Shown: piece by piece, positions 46,710-64,000 of the stretch
How positions within the stretch are numbered: position 1 is the stretch's first letter
Layout: every line of letters begins with the position of its first letter
Assembly: GCF_009914755.1 (NCBI RefSeq)
Contig: NC_060938.1
DNA: 64,000 nucleotides
Origin: the human T2T-CHM13v2.0 reference genome, Homo sapiens
Reading direction: 5' to 3' (one strand)
The notes under the pieces: model-generated
The model's input: only the letters and a program-made list of their open reading frames with translations
Databases searched by the model: none
What the model was told of the DNA's origin: nothing
Program-made: the position numbers and the translations under genes

Positions 46710-47580
46710 CAGTGCTTCTAAACTTTAAAGTGCAAATCAATGACTTGGGGCCCTTCCAAAAACGCAGATTCCGATATGGTAGTGAAACTGCCATTGCAAA
46801 ATTGTAACTGAGACAGTGAAATAAATCTGACCTAAGCAACTCCATCTTGCTTCTAACCTCCAAGCTGTCCTTGTTCATTCCTGGGTATAGGCCAAACTAA
46901 CTTTGGGAGGAACTTCATTTATAGTTTACAGTTTAAAACAAAGATGGTAACAGCCCTTTCCCAAGACAGAACCCCTTCTTGCCTGGAGACTAGACTGCCT
47001 TTGTGGGACTAACAAATTAGCCAAAAGATTAGAAATTATGGTTTAGGAGTCATGCAGCTGGAGGTTACAAGATTCTGACCCTTCCCAAGTCGCTCCTGGG
47101 GATAACATCACTATTGTGAAGCCTAAGATCAGGGCTTGAGATATTTTGCAGACCCTGCGCTTGATGGATCAGCTGGCATCACCTAGATCTAACTGGTTCT
47201 TGTGATCTTGTGGCCCCCACCCAGGAACTGACTCAGCATAAGACAGCTTCGACTCCCTATGATTTCATCTCCGACCTGACCAATCAGCACTCCTGACTCT
47301 CTAGCTGCACCGCTCCCCCCACCCCCTAATGCTTGGGGAGACTGATTTGAGTAACAATAAAACTCCAGTCTCCCACACAGCTGGCTCTGAGTGAATTACT
47401 CTTTCTCTATTGCAATTCTCTTGTCTTGATAAATCCGCTCGGTCTAGGCAGCAGGCAAGGTGAACCTGCTGGGGCAGTTACAGTAGGTGAGGCCTGGGAT
47501 CCCACATTTTCAACAAACTTCCAGATGCTACCATACTCCTTCCTGCAGCTCATCCATAGACCATATTTTGAGTACCAAGG
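46710..47580. mobile_element. MER5A-type DNA transposon split by LTR8
   Basis: cagtgcttctaaacttt...gcagattccgat on the left; gtaggtgaggcctggg...ttttcaacaaacttccagatgct...ttttgagtaccaagg on the right. Confidence 0.6.
46783..47482 (+). mobile_element. Solo ERV1 LTR (LTR8 family), inserted in a MER5A
   Basis: TGAAACTGCC...GTTACA termini; 700 bp; 4-bp TSD GTAG (46779-46782, 47483-47486); AATAAA at 47356-47361; matches recalled LTR8 5' consensus. Confidence 0.85.
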
Positions 47581-48994
47581 GTCTGATCCAGTAACCTCTT
47601 CTCATTCTCATCTTTAACCCCTCTGCAATGCTGGTCTTTGTTGATCTTCCTGAAGCTCTCATCATTGGTTTCTCTGACTCTCTCATTATTGGCTTCTGTG
47701 ATTCTCTCACCTGAATCTTTAAATTTATATGTAAAGACCAATCTTCAGATGTACGCATCAGTTTCTTCTGATGTGTAATGTATTGTCCAGGCTACTGTCA
47801 GTGCATCAATCTCTTCAGTATTTTAAATGAAAATATTACAAACCATCTTCTTATAAAAGACAGACCTATATCGTTATAGAAAATACCTATTGCCCATTTC
47901 ATGGTGTATCTAGTTTCTCTGGAAAATAATCTCCCCTGAGGTTCCCCACCTCACCCGCCCCACCAATCTGCATAGGGATTAGCTACAGTTGATTGGTACA
48001 GAGGTGGGCCCCTACTAATGCTGGGTTATTTTTAGTCTTTCCCCAGGATTTTGGACTAGAACCGAAAAAAAAAGCAAGTTAGTCTCTCACTCTCTCCAGG
48101 AAAAAGAAGTCTTGGGGATCACATTCTGATACACAGACTAAAGAACAACAACAACAAAAAACCCAGCAGTCAACTGTGAGAAAGAGGACTGAGGAGGACA
48201 CCAGGGGAACACAAGGAAATAGCTTCACAGTGTGGCACTCTGACAACCTTATATCTTCACATAGACCAAGCAGGCAAGGTTAGACCATAGTCTGGCCTGA
48301 GTCTTGGCAGAATGCCCTGTGATTTCTCCAAGTGAAAGGGTAGATAAGCAGCCTGGGGAGGAGCTGCTATCTTGTGGAAGACTGCCACACGGCCGCTTCT
48401 CATCCCTCTCCCTAGTTTCAGTTGAACGCAAGACTTTCCACCTTACCCCCATGTAGGTTACAGCTGCAGATCTCAACATTAAGTCTATAAAACTACGTGG
48501 CTGTGGTTTAGAGGTAGATCCTTAACAGCAGAGTGACCCACTCATCCCACCTATCCTCTGGTCTCTTCTGTTCAGTGCTGACTGTGGTGCTATGGGCACA
48601 GGGAGCTGGCACCATGATGTCTTGCTTTTGCTGTCTGTATAACTAATAAACTATCTGACTGCATTTGGGCCTGCTTACTCCTTACTAGGCGAGTGTCTGT
48701 GGAAGTCTTGCAAGCCATCCCGAAAGGTGTAGTAGTAATACTTGTGGCCCTATTATTACCTGCCTCCCTGCTGCCTTAGGAACACTTGACTACTAAAAGA
48801 GAAGAGATGGAGAGACTTCACTTCCTGAGTTATCCTCAGCACTCCAGCCCCTTATTCCAGTTTGTTCCAGGAATGCATCCCAGACCTTGAATTCCACGAG
48901 ATACCCTGGTATCTCTCCAATAAACCTCCCAGTTTCTTTTCTTTTTCACCTAAGAAAGCCAGAATGTATCTTTGGCCTTTACAAACAAAAGGTC

Positions 48995-48997
<3 letters not shown>

Positions 48998-49034
<37 letters not shown>
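48998..49034. repeat. (CA)n microsatellite
   Basis: Seen directly. Confidence 0.95.
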
Positions 49035-49037
<3 letters not shown>

Positions 49038-49448
49038 GTGTTGTATTCATGGACAATACCAGTGATTAGAACTCCAGTGCCAGAGATTCAAATCTATTTT
49101 GTTTTTATTAAAATTCTTCCTCTCTTGTGTATTGATTTCTATCTGGCCCTTGACCAAGTATATATAATATGATTAGCCCACATGTACTACAGTGCAATAA
49201 AGATAAAGTTTTATGAAAATGTTTTTGGCCAAGTAAAAGAAAATATAATTCTTTTTTACTATTATGAAAGTATAAGTTACTCTAATCATTTATTAATAAC
49301 TCCATAGTATTAACTATATAAATCAACTATGCTATTTTTTATCTTATAAATATCCTAATTTGCATTTATATTAGTTACATTTATAAGAATATATGATGGA
49401 ATCACACATATTTATGCCAAATACTTATCACTCAACAAAACAGCATAA

Positions 49449-49760
<312 letters not shown>

Positions 49761-50077
49761 GAGTATGATCTACTTTTAACATTCTTTGAGTTTAGCTGTG
49801 CCTAATACATAGTATGATCATATAAATTAGCATACAGGTGCTTATGAGTCATCAGTCTTAGCTTAGGATGTTAATCAATTGGCCTCACTTTCTCTTTGGA
49901 CTAGCTGAGTTTTCTTTCATCAGGGTCATAGACTACAAATCAACGAGTCAGGTACAGAAGACAGAACCTTAGGCATTGCGGAATTTGACCAAAAATGGTA
50001 AATAAATTGGTGCAAATTCATCATCACAATTGGAAAACTGAAAGAGCAAGCAGTGGGGCCACTGCAATTATAATAAC

Positions 50078-50584
50078 GGGTGGTGGCTCACGCCTGTAGT
50101 CCCACCACTTTGGGAGGTCAAGGGGGTCAGATTGCTTGAACCCAGGCGTTGGAGACCAGCCTGGACAACATGGTGAAACCCTGACTCTACAAAAAAAAAA
50201 ATCCCCTTCCCCCACCTCCCCAAAAAACTAGCCGGGCATGGTGGTGGGCTCCTGTAGTCCCAGCTACTCTGGAAGCTGCAGTGAGAGGATCACTTGAGCC
50301 CGGGAGGTTGAGACCAGCCTGGGCAACATGGCGAAAGCCCGTCTCTACAAAAAAAATTAAAAAAAAAAAATAGCCGGCATGGTGATGCGCATCGGTAATT
50401 CCAGCTACTCAGGAGGCTGAGATGGGAGGATTGCTTGAACCCGGGAGTTGGAGCAGCGAGCTGAGATCGCGCCATGGCACTCCAGCTCCGGTGCCTTCCA
50501 GTCTGGGCAACAGAGAGAGACTCCATCGAAAAGAAAAAGGGGGGAGGGGAGGGGAGGGGAGGGGAGGGGTGGGGAGGGGAGGGG
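50078..50584 (+). mobile_element. Trimeric AluJ-type element with (GGGGA)n tail
   Basis: Three consecutive monomers separated by two A-rich linkers. Confidence 0.8.
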
Positions 50585-51713
50585 AAAGATTTTACAATTT
50601 CCTGTAAGCAATGAATGGCTCTAATGTGATATTGATGAAATACCATCTTTAAGAAAGTGTACAGATTGTAAGTGACACGTGGCTGCTTACGTTACTCCTG
50701 AGATGCAAGTAGATCATGACATAATGATAACCAGTCATAATTTGCAGTAATCCCTTACAAAAAGTCCAAATTTGTTTGAAAATACAGAAACTTTTACTAG
50801 TCGAAGTTAAACATTAAACATTTTCTAGTCATTGCCTTAACAGGATTTATTAGAGTTACTATAATATAATTTATTGAAAGAATGGCTAGATTTATAAAAT
50901 GTTTTCTGGTTATGAGCCAATTATGGCAATTATTTTAATTATATATTTATAATAAAAATGCATGACTGTAAGATAAAATTTTAAACCAAATCATAATTTA
51001 TATTTTAAAATAGCTTTAAAATACTTGCACATAACACATGTCGTGGTTAGTAACTTTCTCCAGCTACATTTAAAAGTATTTCTAAGATTAATTACAACAT
51101 TTTTTTCTAAAGGTTTATTTTTTCCCCACAGCATAACTCTATAAATTAACGTGAGCCCATTATATCAAAGGTGTTTATGTGTGTTACATATGCATTTAAT
51201 TTTAATATCCTTATTTAAGGCACGAATATCCCCAAGCAAGCACAGTATGCAATAAGAAGTCCTGTGGAGTCCTGTAAGTACTTTGATGAGGAATGCAGGA
51301 TTTATGTAAGACCTGAGCGAGCTTGAAGAAAGACTCTACAATTGATAAAACTAAGTCAGACCGAACTGGATCATTTTCAAGTAAAATAGGTAGCAAGGCA
51401 AAAAGACCGCCTCAAAGTCGCTGCCCTTGGGGCTCTGCCACTTGCTTTACAGGCTAGGAACGGACAATGCCGGGAACCCGAGAGCGGCCGGCGCGGACGC
51501 CGAGGCAACTTTACTTGGGGCACCCACTACTCGCAATCAACTCCCGGCCTCCTCTGCTCTCGCGCCTCTAGGGGCTCAAGCACTGCTCCGGGAGCGCTGA
51601 ATTTTGAGGAAGAGGGCAGAACTTCAGTAAGGAGACCTGTCTGGGCAACGGTTTCAGGACACGCGGTGGGGAAAGCGACTAGCCTCCGGCGGGGCAGGGC
51701 GGGCTGTCCTTAC

Positions 51714-51783
51714 CTGCAGAACCACCGGCCACGATCTGCCGAGAAGCCTCGCGCACTAAGCTGACTTCAGGCTTGGCGGACAT
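51714..51783 (-). CDS. SLC25A21: SLC25A21 coding exon 1 (mitochondrial 2-oxodicarboxylate carrier): 23 codons + 1 nt, phase-1 intron follows
   Basis: Minus strand reads ggcgaagATG TCC GCC AAG CCT GAA GTC AGC TTA GTG CGC GAG GCT TCT CGG CAG ATC GTG GCC GGT GGT TCT GCA G|gtaag = MSAKPEVSLVREASRQIVAGGSA-G, the recognised human ODC N-terminus. A at -3; canonical CAG|GTAAG donor; sits in a CpG island. Confidence 0.96.
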
Positions 51784-52060
51784 CTTCGCCAGGCGGGAGG
51801 ACAAGGGAGTGGGCTGAGATGCGTCAACGAGCTCGCAGCCTGCACAGCCTACTGATCCAGAGAGCCCCGGCTGGGCTGGTCCTCAAGCGCGTTGGCTCCC
51901 TGTGGAGCAGCAATCCGGCGACTGCTGGAAAGCGAGGGTTCGAGGCGCAGATTCGTCGCGCGATCTCCGGCGCGTCGGAACCTGTTCGCAGCGCTCTCGC
52001 AGAGGCGCCCTCGGCTCCGAAAATGTCTCTGGAAAGAAGACCCGCGGATGGGTTTGGGTT
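51784..52060 (-). other. SLC25A21: SLC25A21 5'UTR of exon 1 (TSS approximate, about 52040-52095)
   Basis: GC-rich sequence upstream of the ATG with no upstream ATG (no 'cat' on + between 51784 and 52100). The TSS cannot be fixed from sequence alone. Confidence 0.7.
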
Positions 52061-52488
52061 GGCTCACCGCAGCGGCTCAGGCTTTGTCTCCTAGATTGGC
52101 GCCCACGACCTTCTCTATCAGGAGCCTCCGGTAGTTTGTCAAACTAGACGGTTGCCTCTGATAACTCAAGTGAAGTGACCCAGGCCTGGAGCGCCAAGTA
52201 CAAAGCGGGGACGACACTTGCACCTCCTGGCAAGCCAGAGCACAGTGAGGTTCAAAAGAAGGGACAAGTGAATAAATTCCTCAGTTAGTTGTCCTATAAT
52301 TGTGGTCTGTAGCAACTAAGTCAAAGCAAATCTAATTTACACTTACCTTACAATAGAGCTAAGGTAGTACTTTACCAAAAATGGTTTTGATTTAAGGTAA
52401 AATCATACCTCATCAACTTGAGTTTTATTTACCTAAGGACCAAAAGAAGAAAAAGCCTGGTTACAAATAGTTTCTTCTATACCCAGGT

Positions 52489-52665
52489 CAGTGGTTCTTA
52501 AAAGTGGTTTTAGTACCCACAGCATCAGCATAATTTGTGAATGTGTTAGGAAGTCAAATTCGTGGGTCCCACCCCGACCTAAACGGAATCAGAATCTCTG
52601 GGGATAGGGCCCAGAAACGAGTTCTCTGTTGATTGTCATGAACTTTAAAGGTTGTGAACCACTGA
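52489..52665. mobile_element. MER5A-type DNA transposon (within AS1)
   Basis: cagtggttcttaaaagtg...cagcatcagc...gaatcagaatctctgggg...gaaccactg. Confidence 0.7.
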
Positions 52666-54996
52666 CTTAAACAATTGAGGAACATTAAGGAACTTAACAG
52701 TATATTCTCTCAATAAAATGTTTGATTATTCTTACTAGCCCCTTAGGATAGTTACCAAAACAAAACTACTAATTTATACTCTTTTAAAACTACAAGTTGC
52801 CTGTGTTATGTAGGAGAGATATAAGATTGTGAAATTTTCCAAAAATACCTGCCACACCCCTAACAGACAGGAGATGATAAGAGTAAAAGAGAGAATTGGG
52901 AGGCTTTAGAAGCCCTATTGTAATATTTCTTAAAACACATTATTTATTGCTAAATATATTTAGTGTGAGCCATGTAAAAATTGCCATTTTTGGAGGTCAA
53001 AAACCGTTGAATATCAGCAATTTAGTATGGTTCAATTTATGTGGTTTCTAATCAAATGTACAAAGTACAATAATTTGGTTTCATACTTGATTTTTTATTT
53101 CTTAGGCTGAGTCATTAAAAGTTGATCAGTGATATATGGCAAAATTATTTAAAGTGCTTGAGGAATTGGGGAGACTTGCTGCTTATGTGATCAGATATAC
53201 AAAAATAAAGTTTTTCATTTCATTAAATATTTGATTAAAACTGCTAAGTTTGAAAATGTTTACCAAGAAATAGTTTTCAGAAATTTTGCTAACTTGATAA
53301 AGGCTTTTGAGCAATATCTTTCAGACTTTTTACTAATTAAATAGGGAATCTTGAGTGCAATATAGAATCACTTATTCAACAAATATTGAGAACCTGTTAT
53401 ATACTAGGTATAGAAACAGAATTTCAGAGCTCATAGAAAATGTTTTCCTCATTTTTCAAAGCAGAAGCTGAGTTTTCCAAGATCACACTAGGCGTAATAG
53501 TATAGCTGGGATTCCATCACAGGACTCCTTCTTTTGATAGCATTGGATTGTAGATTTAAATATTAACCACAGGCTAAAAAAACTACATTCTGTGACACAA
53601 ATACCCCCACAAATTAATTCCATTTTTTTTTAGTTTTTAAAAATTTGGTCACAACTATTAAACCCTAGTGCACACACTGAAACAGATTCTACACTGAGAG
53701 CTCACTAAGTGTTAGCACTTGCCTAGGTACTGACAATATCACTACAAATCCCTTCCCTGTGGCACTTACAATCTAATGGAGGAGATCCTACCACCTTGTA
53801 AGTAAATTTTTGCCTTCCCTACGTTATCCAGGAAATGCAATAATACTTTTAGGTCAAGATTTAAAGACAATCTTTTGACATAATTATTTCCATGAGTGTC
53901 TTCCCCTCTGAAGATCTTATCCATGGTAGGTGGGAGCAAGTTTGTGTCTAAGACCCAGCCTCTAAAAAGCTCTGTGGATTCAGTTGGAAAACTCCCAGTT
54001 ATCCTTGTTAAAAAGTTACTTCCTCTTTTTAACCTCTCCAGACTAGAAGAGATATCTTTGAGTGAAAAAAGCAAGACTTGATATCACATATAATCCAGTC
54101 CTATACCTCTAGAATACTAGAGGATATGGGGCCTAGGCATGAGAACATTCTAGAGCTTGGGAGTTAACAAGAGTCAATACAGAGCCAATAAGTACTCACT
54201 GTGCTAAACGCTCTGATAATGGAATGTAATTCTTATCTGCAGCTAAATTTGCTCATGGCCAATATTGGAATGCTGGAAGATTTAGTACTGGGAAGCAATG
54301 GTAATATTTACTTGACCTATTTCAGATTCCCTAGCCTCTATTACATTGTTGTTCTATTATTATTTGGAATAGTGATGTGATATCCTAATAGGGGCAAAAC
54401 TGCTAAAGTATGAAGATTATATTCTTTAAATTATTGATTTATTTAGCTGATCTTGGTTGATAATTACATGATTATTGACTTCCCTATCGTTTGTCAAGTG
54501 GCTAAAAAAACCCTTCAGGAACATAACTGGGAATCTAGGAGTTAAGAAAGCCTCTAAGCCATCAACATGCAGAAATCCATTTAGAACTAATTTTAGAACC
54601 AGTTTTTAAAAGGGTGGATATCTGATTTCTTGTTTCATATCAGATTAGAAATAACATATTAAAAGATAATTGGATTGTTTGGGGAGAATAGGGGAGGTTC
54701 TAGGAAAGTAAAGAGCAATCTGCAACCTTCAGGCCATATTCAACCTATCTAGTCAATTGTAGTAACAACATTCATTGACTTTACCTTCTCCCAGAAACTG
54801 GGCTAATTAAGCATTTTGTAATCCATTATCTCATTCCTGTTTTACAAAGGAGGAAACTCTGGCACTGAGATTAAGTAACTCCCCCAAAATAACACTGAGT
54901 ATTCGGCTAAGGTATTAATTTGAACGTAAGTATAATTTAGGAGCCCTCTATTTGTTAGGCTATGGTTTTTTGTTTTGTTTTAATTTTTAAAACAAT

Positions 54997-58072
<3,076 letters not shown>

Positions 58073-58225
58073 GATTCTTCTTATCAGAAAGGTGTCAATG
58101 TCATTGTAGTGGATGATTTTGGTGCCCCACCCAGATCCCTTTACTAAGCTGGCCTGCCCATACCAGCTGCTGTGAGTGTTGATGGCTATGGACTCATAGT
58201 TAATTTATTTTCTAGAGAAATGTCC

Positions 58226-58593
58226 TGTATTAGTCTGTTTTCACACTGCTGATAAAGACATACCCAAGACTGGGTAATTTATAAAGAAAAAGAAGTTTAA
58301 TGGACTCACAGTTCCACGTGGCTGGGGAGGGCTCATAATCATCTCAGAAAGTGAAAGGCATGTTTCACATGGAGGCAGGCAAGAGAAGAGCATGAGAGCA
58401 AAGTGAAAGGGGTTTCCCCTTATAAAACCATCAGATCTCATGAGACTTATTCACTACCATGAGAATGGTACGCAGTGGGGGAACCGCCCCCATGATTCAG
58501 TTATCTCCCAGTGGGTCCCTCCCACAACATGAGGGAATTATGGAGCTAGAATTCAAGATGAGATTTGGGTGGGGACACAGCCAAACCATATCA
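58226..58593 (-). mobile_element. THE1 (MaLR) solo LTR
   Basis: tgtattagtctgttttcacactgctgataaagacatacccaagactggg...agccaaaccatatca; TSD tgtcc/tgccc. Confidence 0.88.
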
Positions 58594-58765
58594 TGCCCTC
58601 AGCCAAAGAGAAGCTTGTGAAGTCACACACATCACTACCTTACCTGGGAGGTTACATATGTCACCATTTCCCACTTCCCTATGCTGGAGGCAACCCCATA
58701 GCCAATGACTGACTGAAATAAAAAGGGGAACAAAATGCTTACCTTGCCTTAAGGTGGGACCAATA

Positions 58766-59753
<988 letters not shown>

Positions 59754-59839
59754 TACTGTGTTGCAACTCATGCTCCAAGGCTGCCTTTGGACCTGGCTAA
59801 GGTTAAACTATAGCTGAGATGGTATCTTTGCTTACCTTT

Positions 59840-61875
<2,036 letters not shown>

Positions 61876-61931
61876 AGAAAGGGAATAGTGGAGGGCAGAG
61901 AATCTGATGCTGAGATCAGGAAGAAGACTGA

Positions 61932-62257
<326 letters not shown>

Positions 62258-62339
62258 CTTTTTTTTTTTTTAATTACATATGTGATAACTGAAAATGAAT
62301 CATGAAAGGATACCAATTGGGGAGGATCAAATAAACGGT

Positions 62340-63770
62340 TCACAGATGACATGATTATTGATGTAGAAAATTCCAAGAAGTCAATTTTTTAAACTCTCCC
62401 AAAACTAATAAGTTATCATAGCAAGGTTGCTTGATACAGCTTAATATTTTGGAAACCAGTTGTTTTCCTACACGCTAGCAATAAACCACTGGAATTTGAA
62501 ATTAAAAATACAGTGCTGTGTACATTCGTGCCAAAAAATTGAAGTACTTAGGAATAAATCTAACAAAATATGGACAAGACCTAACAAAACCCTGATGAAA
62601 GAAAGAAAAGAAAATATAAATAAATAGATATTCTATGTTCATGAATAGGAAGGCTCACTATGATGTCACTAGATGTCAGTTCTTACCGATTGGATTTATA
62701 GATTCAATGCAATTCAGCCAAAATCTCAGTAAGTTATTTTGTGGAAATCAACAAACTGATTCTAAATTTTATATGGAAAGGCAAAAGACCCAAAATAAAA
62801 CAATACTGAAGATAGAGAATAAAGAGGACTGATCTACTGACTTCAAGACTTACTGAAAAGCTACAATAATCAAGAACAAACAGGTCAATGGAATAGAATA
62901 GAAAGTCCAGAAATAGGCTGGAGACGTTGGCTCACACCTATAATCCCAGCATTTTGAGAGGCCAAGGCAGGCGGATCACTTGAGGTCAGAAGTTCGAGAC
63001 TAGCCTGGCCAACATGGTGAAACCCCGTCTCTACTAAAAATACAAAAGTTAGCCAGGTGTGGTGGCATGTGCCTGTAAATCCCAGCTACTCAGGAGGCTG
63101 AGGCACAAGCATCACTTGAACCCGGGAGGTGGAGGTTGCAGTGAACCCAGACCACACCACTGCACAATAGACTGGGCAACGGAGTGAGATTCTGTCTCAA
63201 AAAAAAAAAAAAAAAAAAAAAGAAAGTCCAGAAATAGACCCCACCAATACAGTCAATTGATCTTTGACAAAGAAAAAAAAGCAATTCAATGGAGAAAGGA
63301 TAGTCTTTTCAACAAATGGTGCTGGAACGATTGGACATCAGCATGCAAAAAAAATGGATCTAGACAATGGCCTTTTTCCTTCATAAAAATTAATTAAAAA
63401 CAACTCACAAACCTAAATATGAGACACTCAATGACAAAACTTTTATAACATTTGAAAACATCTAGGTGATCTTCACTTAGCAATGAGTTTTTAGATTCAA
63501 CACCAAAAACATGATTCATGAATGAAGAAAGTGGTAAGTTGGACTGTTCATTAAAATTAAAAATTTCTGCTCTGTGAAAGACACTATTAAAAAAATGAAA
63601 AAACAAGCCACAGAATGGGAGACAATATTTACAAAATACATATCTGATGAAGGATATGTATCTCAAATATACAGTCTTAAAACTCAGCATTAAAAAACAA
63701 GCAACCAATTGTACAACATGGTGACTACAGTTAATGACAATATATTGTATTTTTGAAAAATACAGTAGAT
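62340..63770 (+). mobile_element. Old L1M ORF2/3' fragment with an internal Alu
   Basis: ttcacagatgacatgatt...tagattcaatgcaat...cttttcaacaaatggtgctggaac; degenerate ORF2. Confidence 0.8.
62916..63220 (+). mobile_element. AluS
   Basis: TSD AGAAAGTCCAGAAATAG on both sides. Confidence 0.9.
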
Positions 63771-63773
63771 TAG

Positions 63774-64000
<227 letters not shown>

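Larger units (their letters stand above)
51400..52220. promoter_or_regulatory. CpG-island bidirectional/overlapping promoter (SLC25A21 / SLC25A21-AS1)
   Basis: Sharp rise in GC and CpG density in an AT-rich background. GC boxes at 51688-51703 (ggcggggcagggcggg). CCAAT on minus strand at 52095-52099. Confidence 0.9.
51320..53245 (+). ncRNA. SLC25A21-AS1: SLC25A21 antisense RNA 1 (lncRNA), boundaries approximate
   Basis: Recalled annotation of an antisense RNA overlapping SLC25A21 exon 1. Sequence support: CpG island plus AATAAA at 53204-53209 and ATTAAA at 53222-53227 and 53234-53239 on +. Confidence 0.6.

Noticed and set aside
51525-51557. ZNF143/SBS-like motif (caactcccggc)
   Set aside because: Only the central part matches; ACTACA spacing is wrong.
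51849-52067. 72-aa GTG-start ORF as a SLC25A21 uORF
   Set aside because: Non-ATG start that may lie upstream of the main TSS; open frames are expected in GC-rich DNA.
53766-54074. 102-aa and overlapping 61-aa ORFs in unique DNA
   Set aside because: Non-ATG starts; no recognisable domain, splice structure or pseudogene hallmarks.

Overview
Human (primate) genomic DNA at the 5' end of SLC25A21, the mitochondrial 2-oxodicarboxylate carrier (ODC; 14q13.3, PAX9-SLC25A21-MIPOL1 region). The only real coding sequence is exon 1 on the minus strand (51783-51714, MSAKPEVSLVREASRQIVAGGSA|G, GTAAG donor), which lies in a CpG-island promoter overlapped by the antisense lncRNA SLC25A21-AS1. Positions 1-51713 are intron 1; the rest is upstream sequence. 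The window is repeat-dense: about 40 Alu pieces, a near full-length old L1MA-type element (32243-40594), a 5'-inverted twin-primed L1PA2/3 (41603-42737), a solo LTR8, MST/THE1/MLT1/LTR16 LTRs, MER44, MER5A, MER3, MER20, MIR and L2. Nearly all supplied ORFs are Alu, L1 or random artefacts. I found no new multi-gene system. The best leads are a co-oriented CTCF motif pair facing the PAX9 side, candidate PAX9-type intronic enhancers, a nested mini-intron/terminal-exon module at about 17.6 kb, an inversion-created L1 ORF2 C-terminal ORF, a 42-bp orphan retro-insertion and clear template-switch scars. Repeat subfamily calls come from recalled consensus sequences, and many boundaries are approximate.
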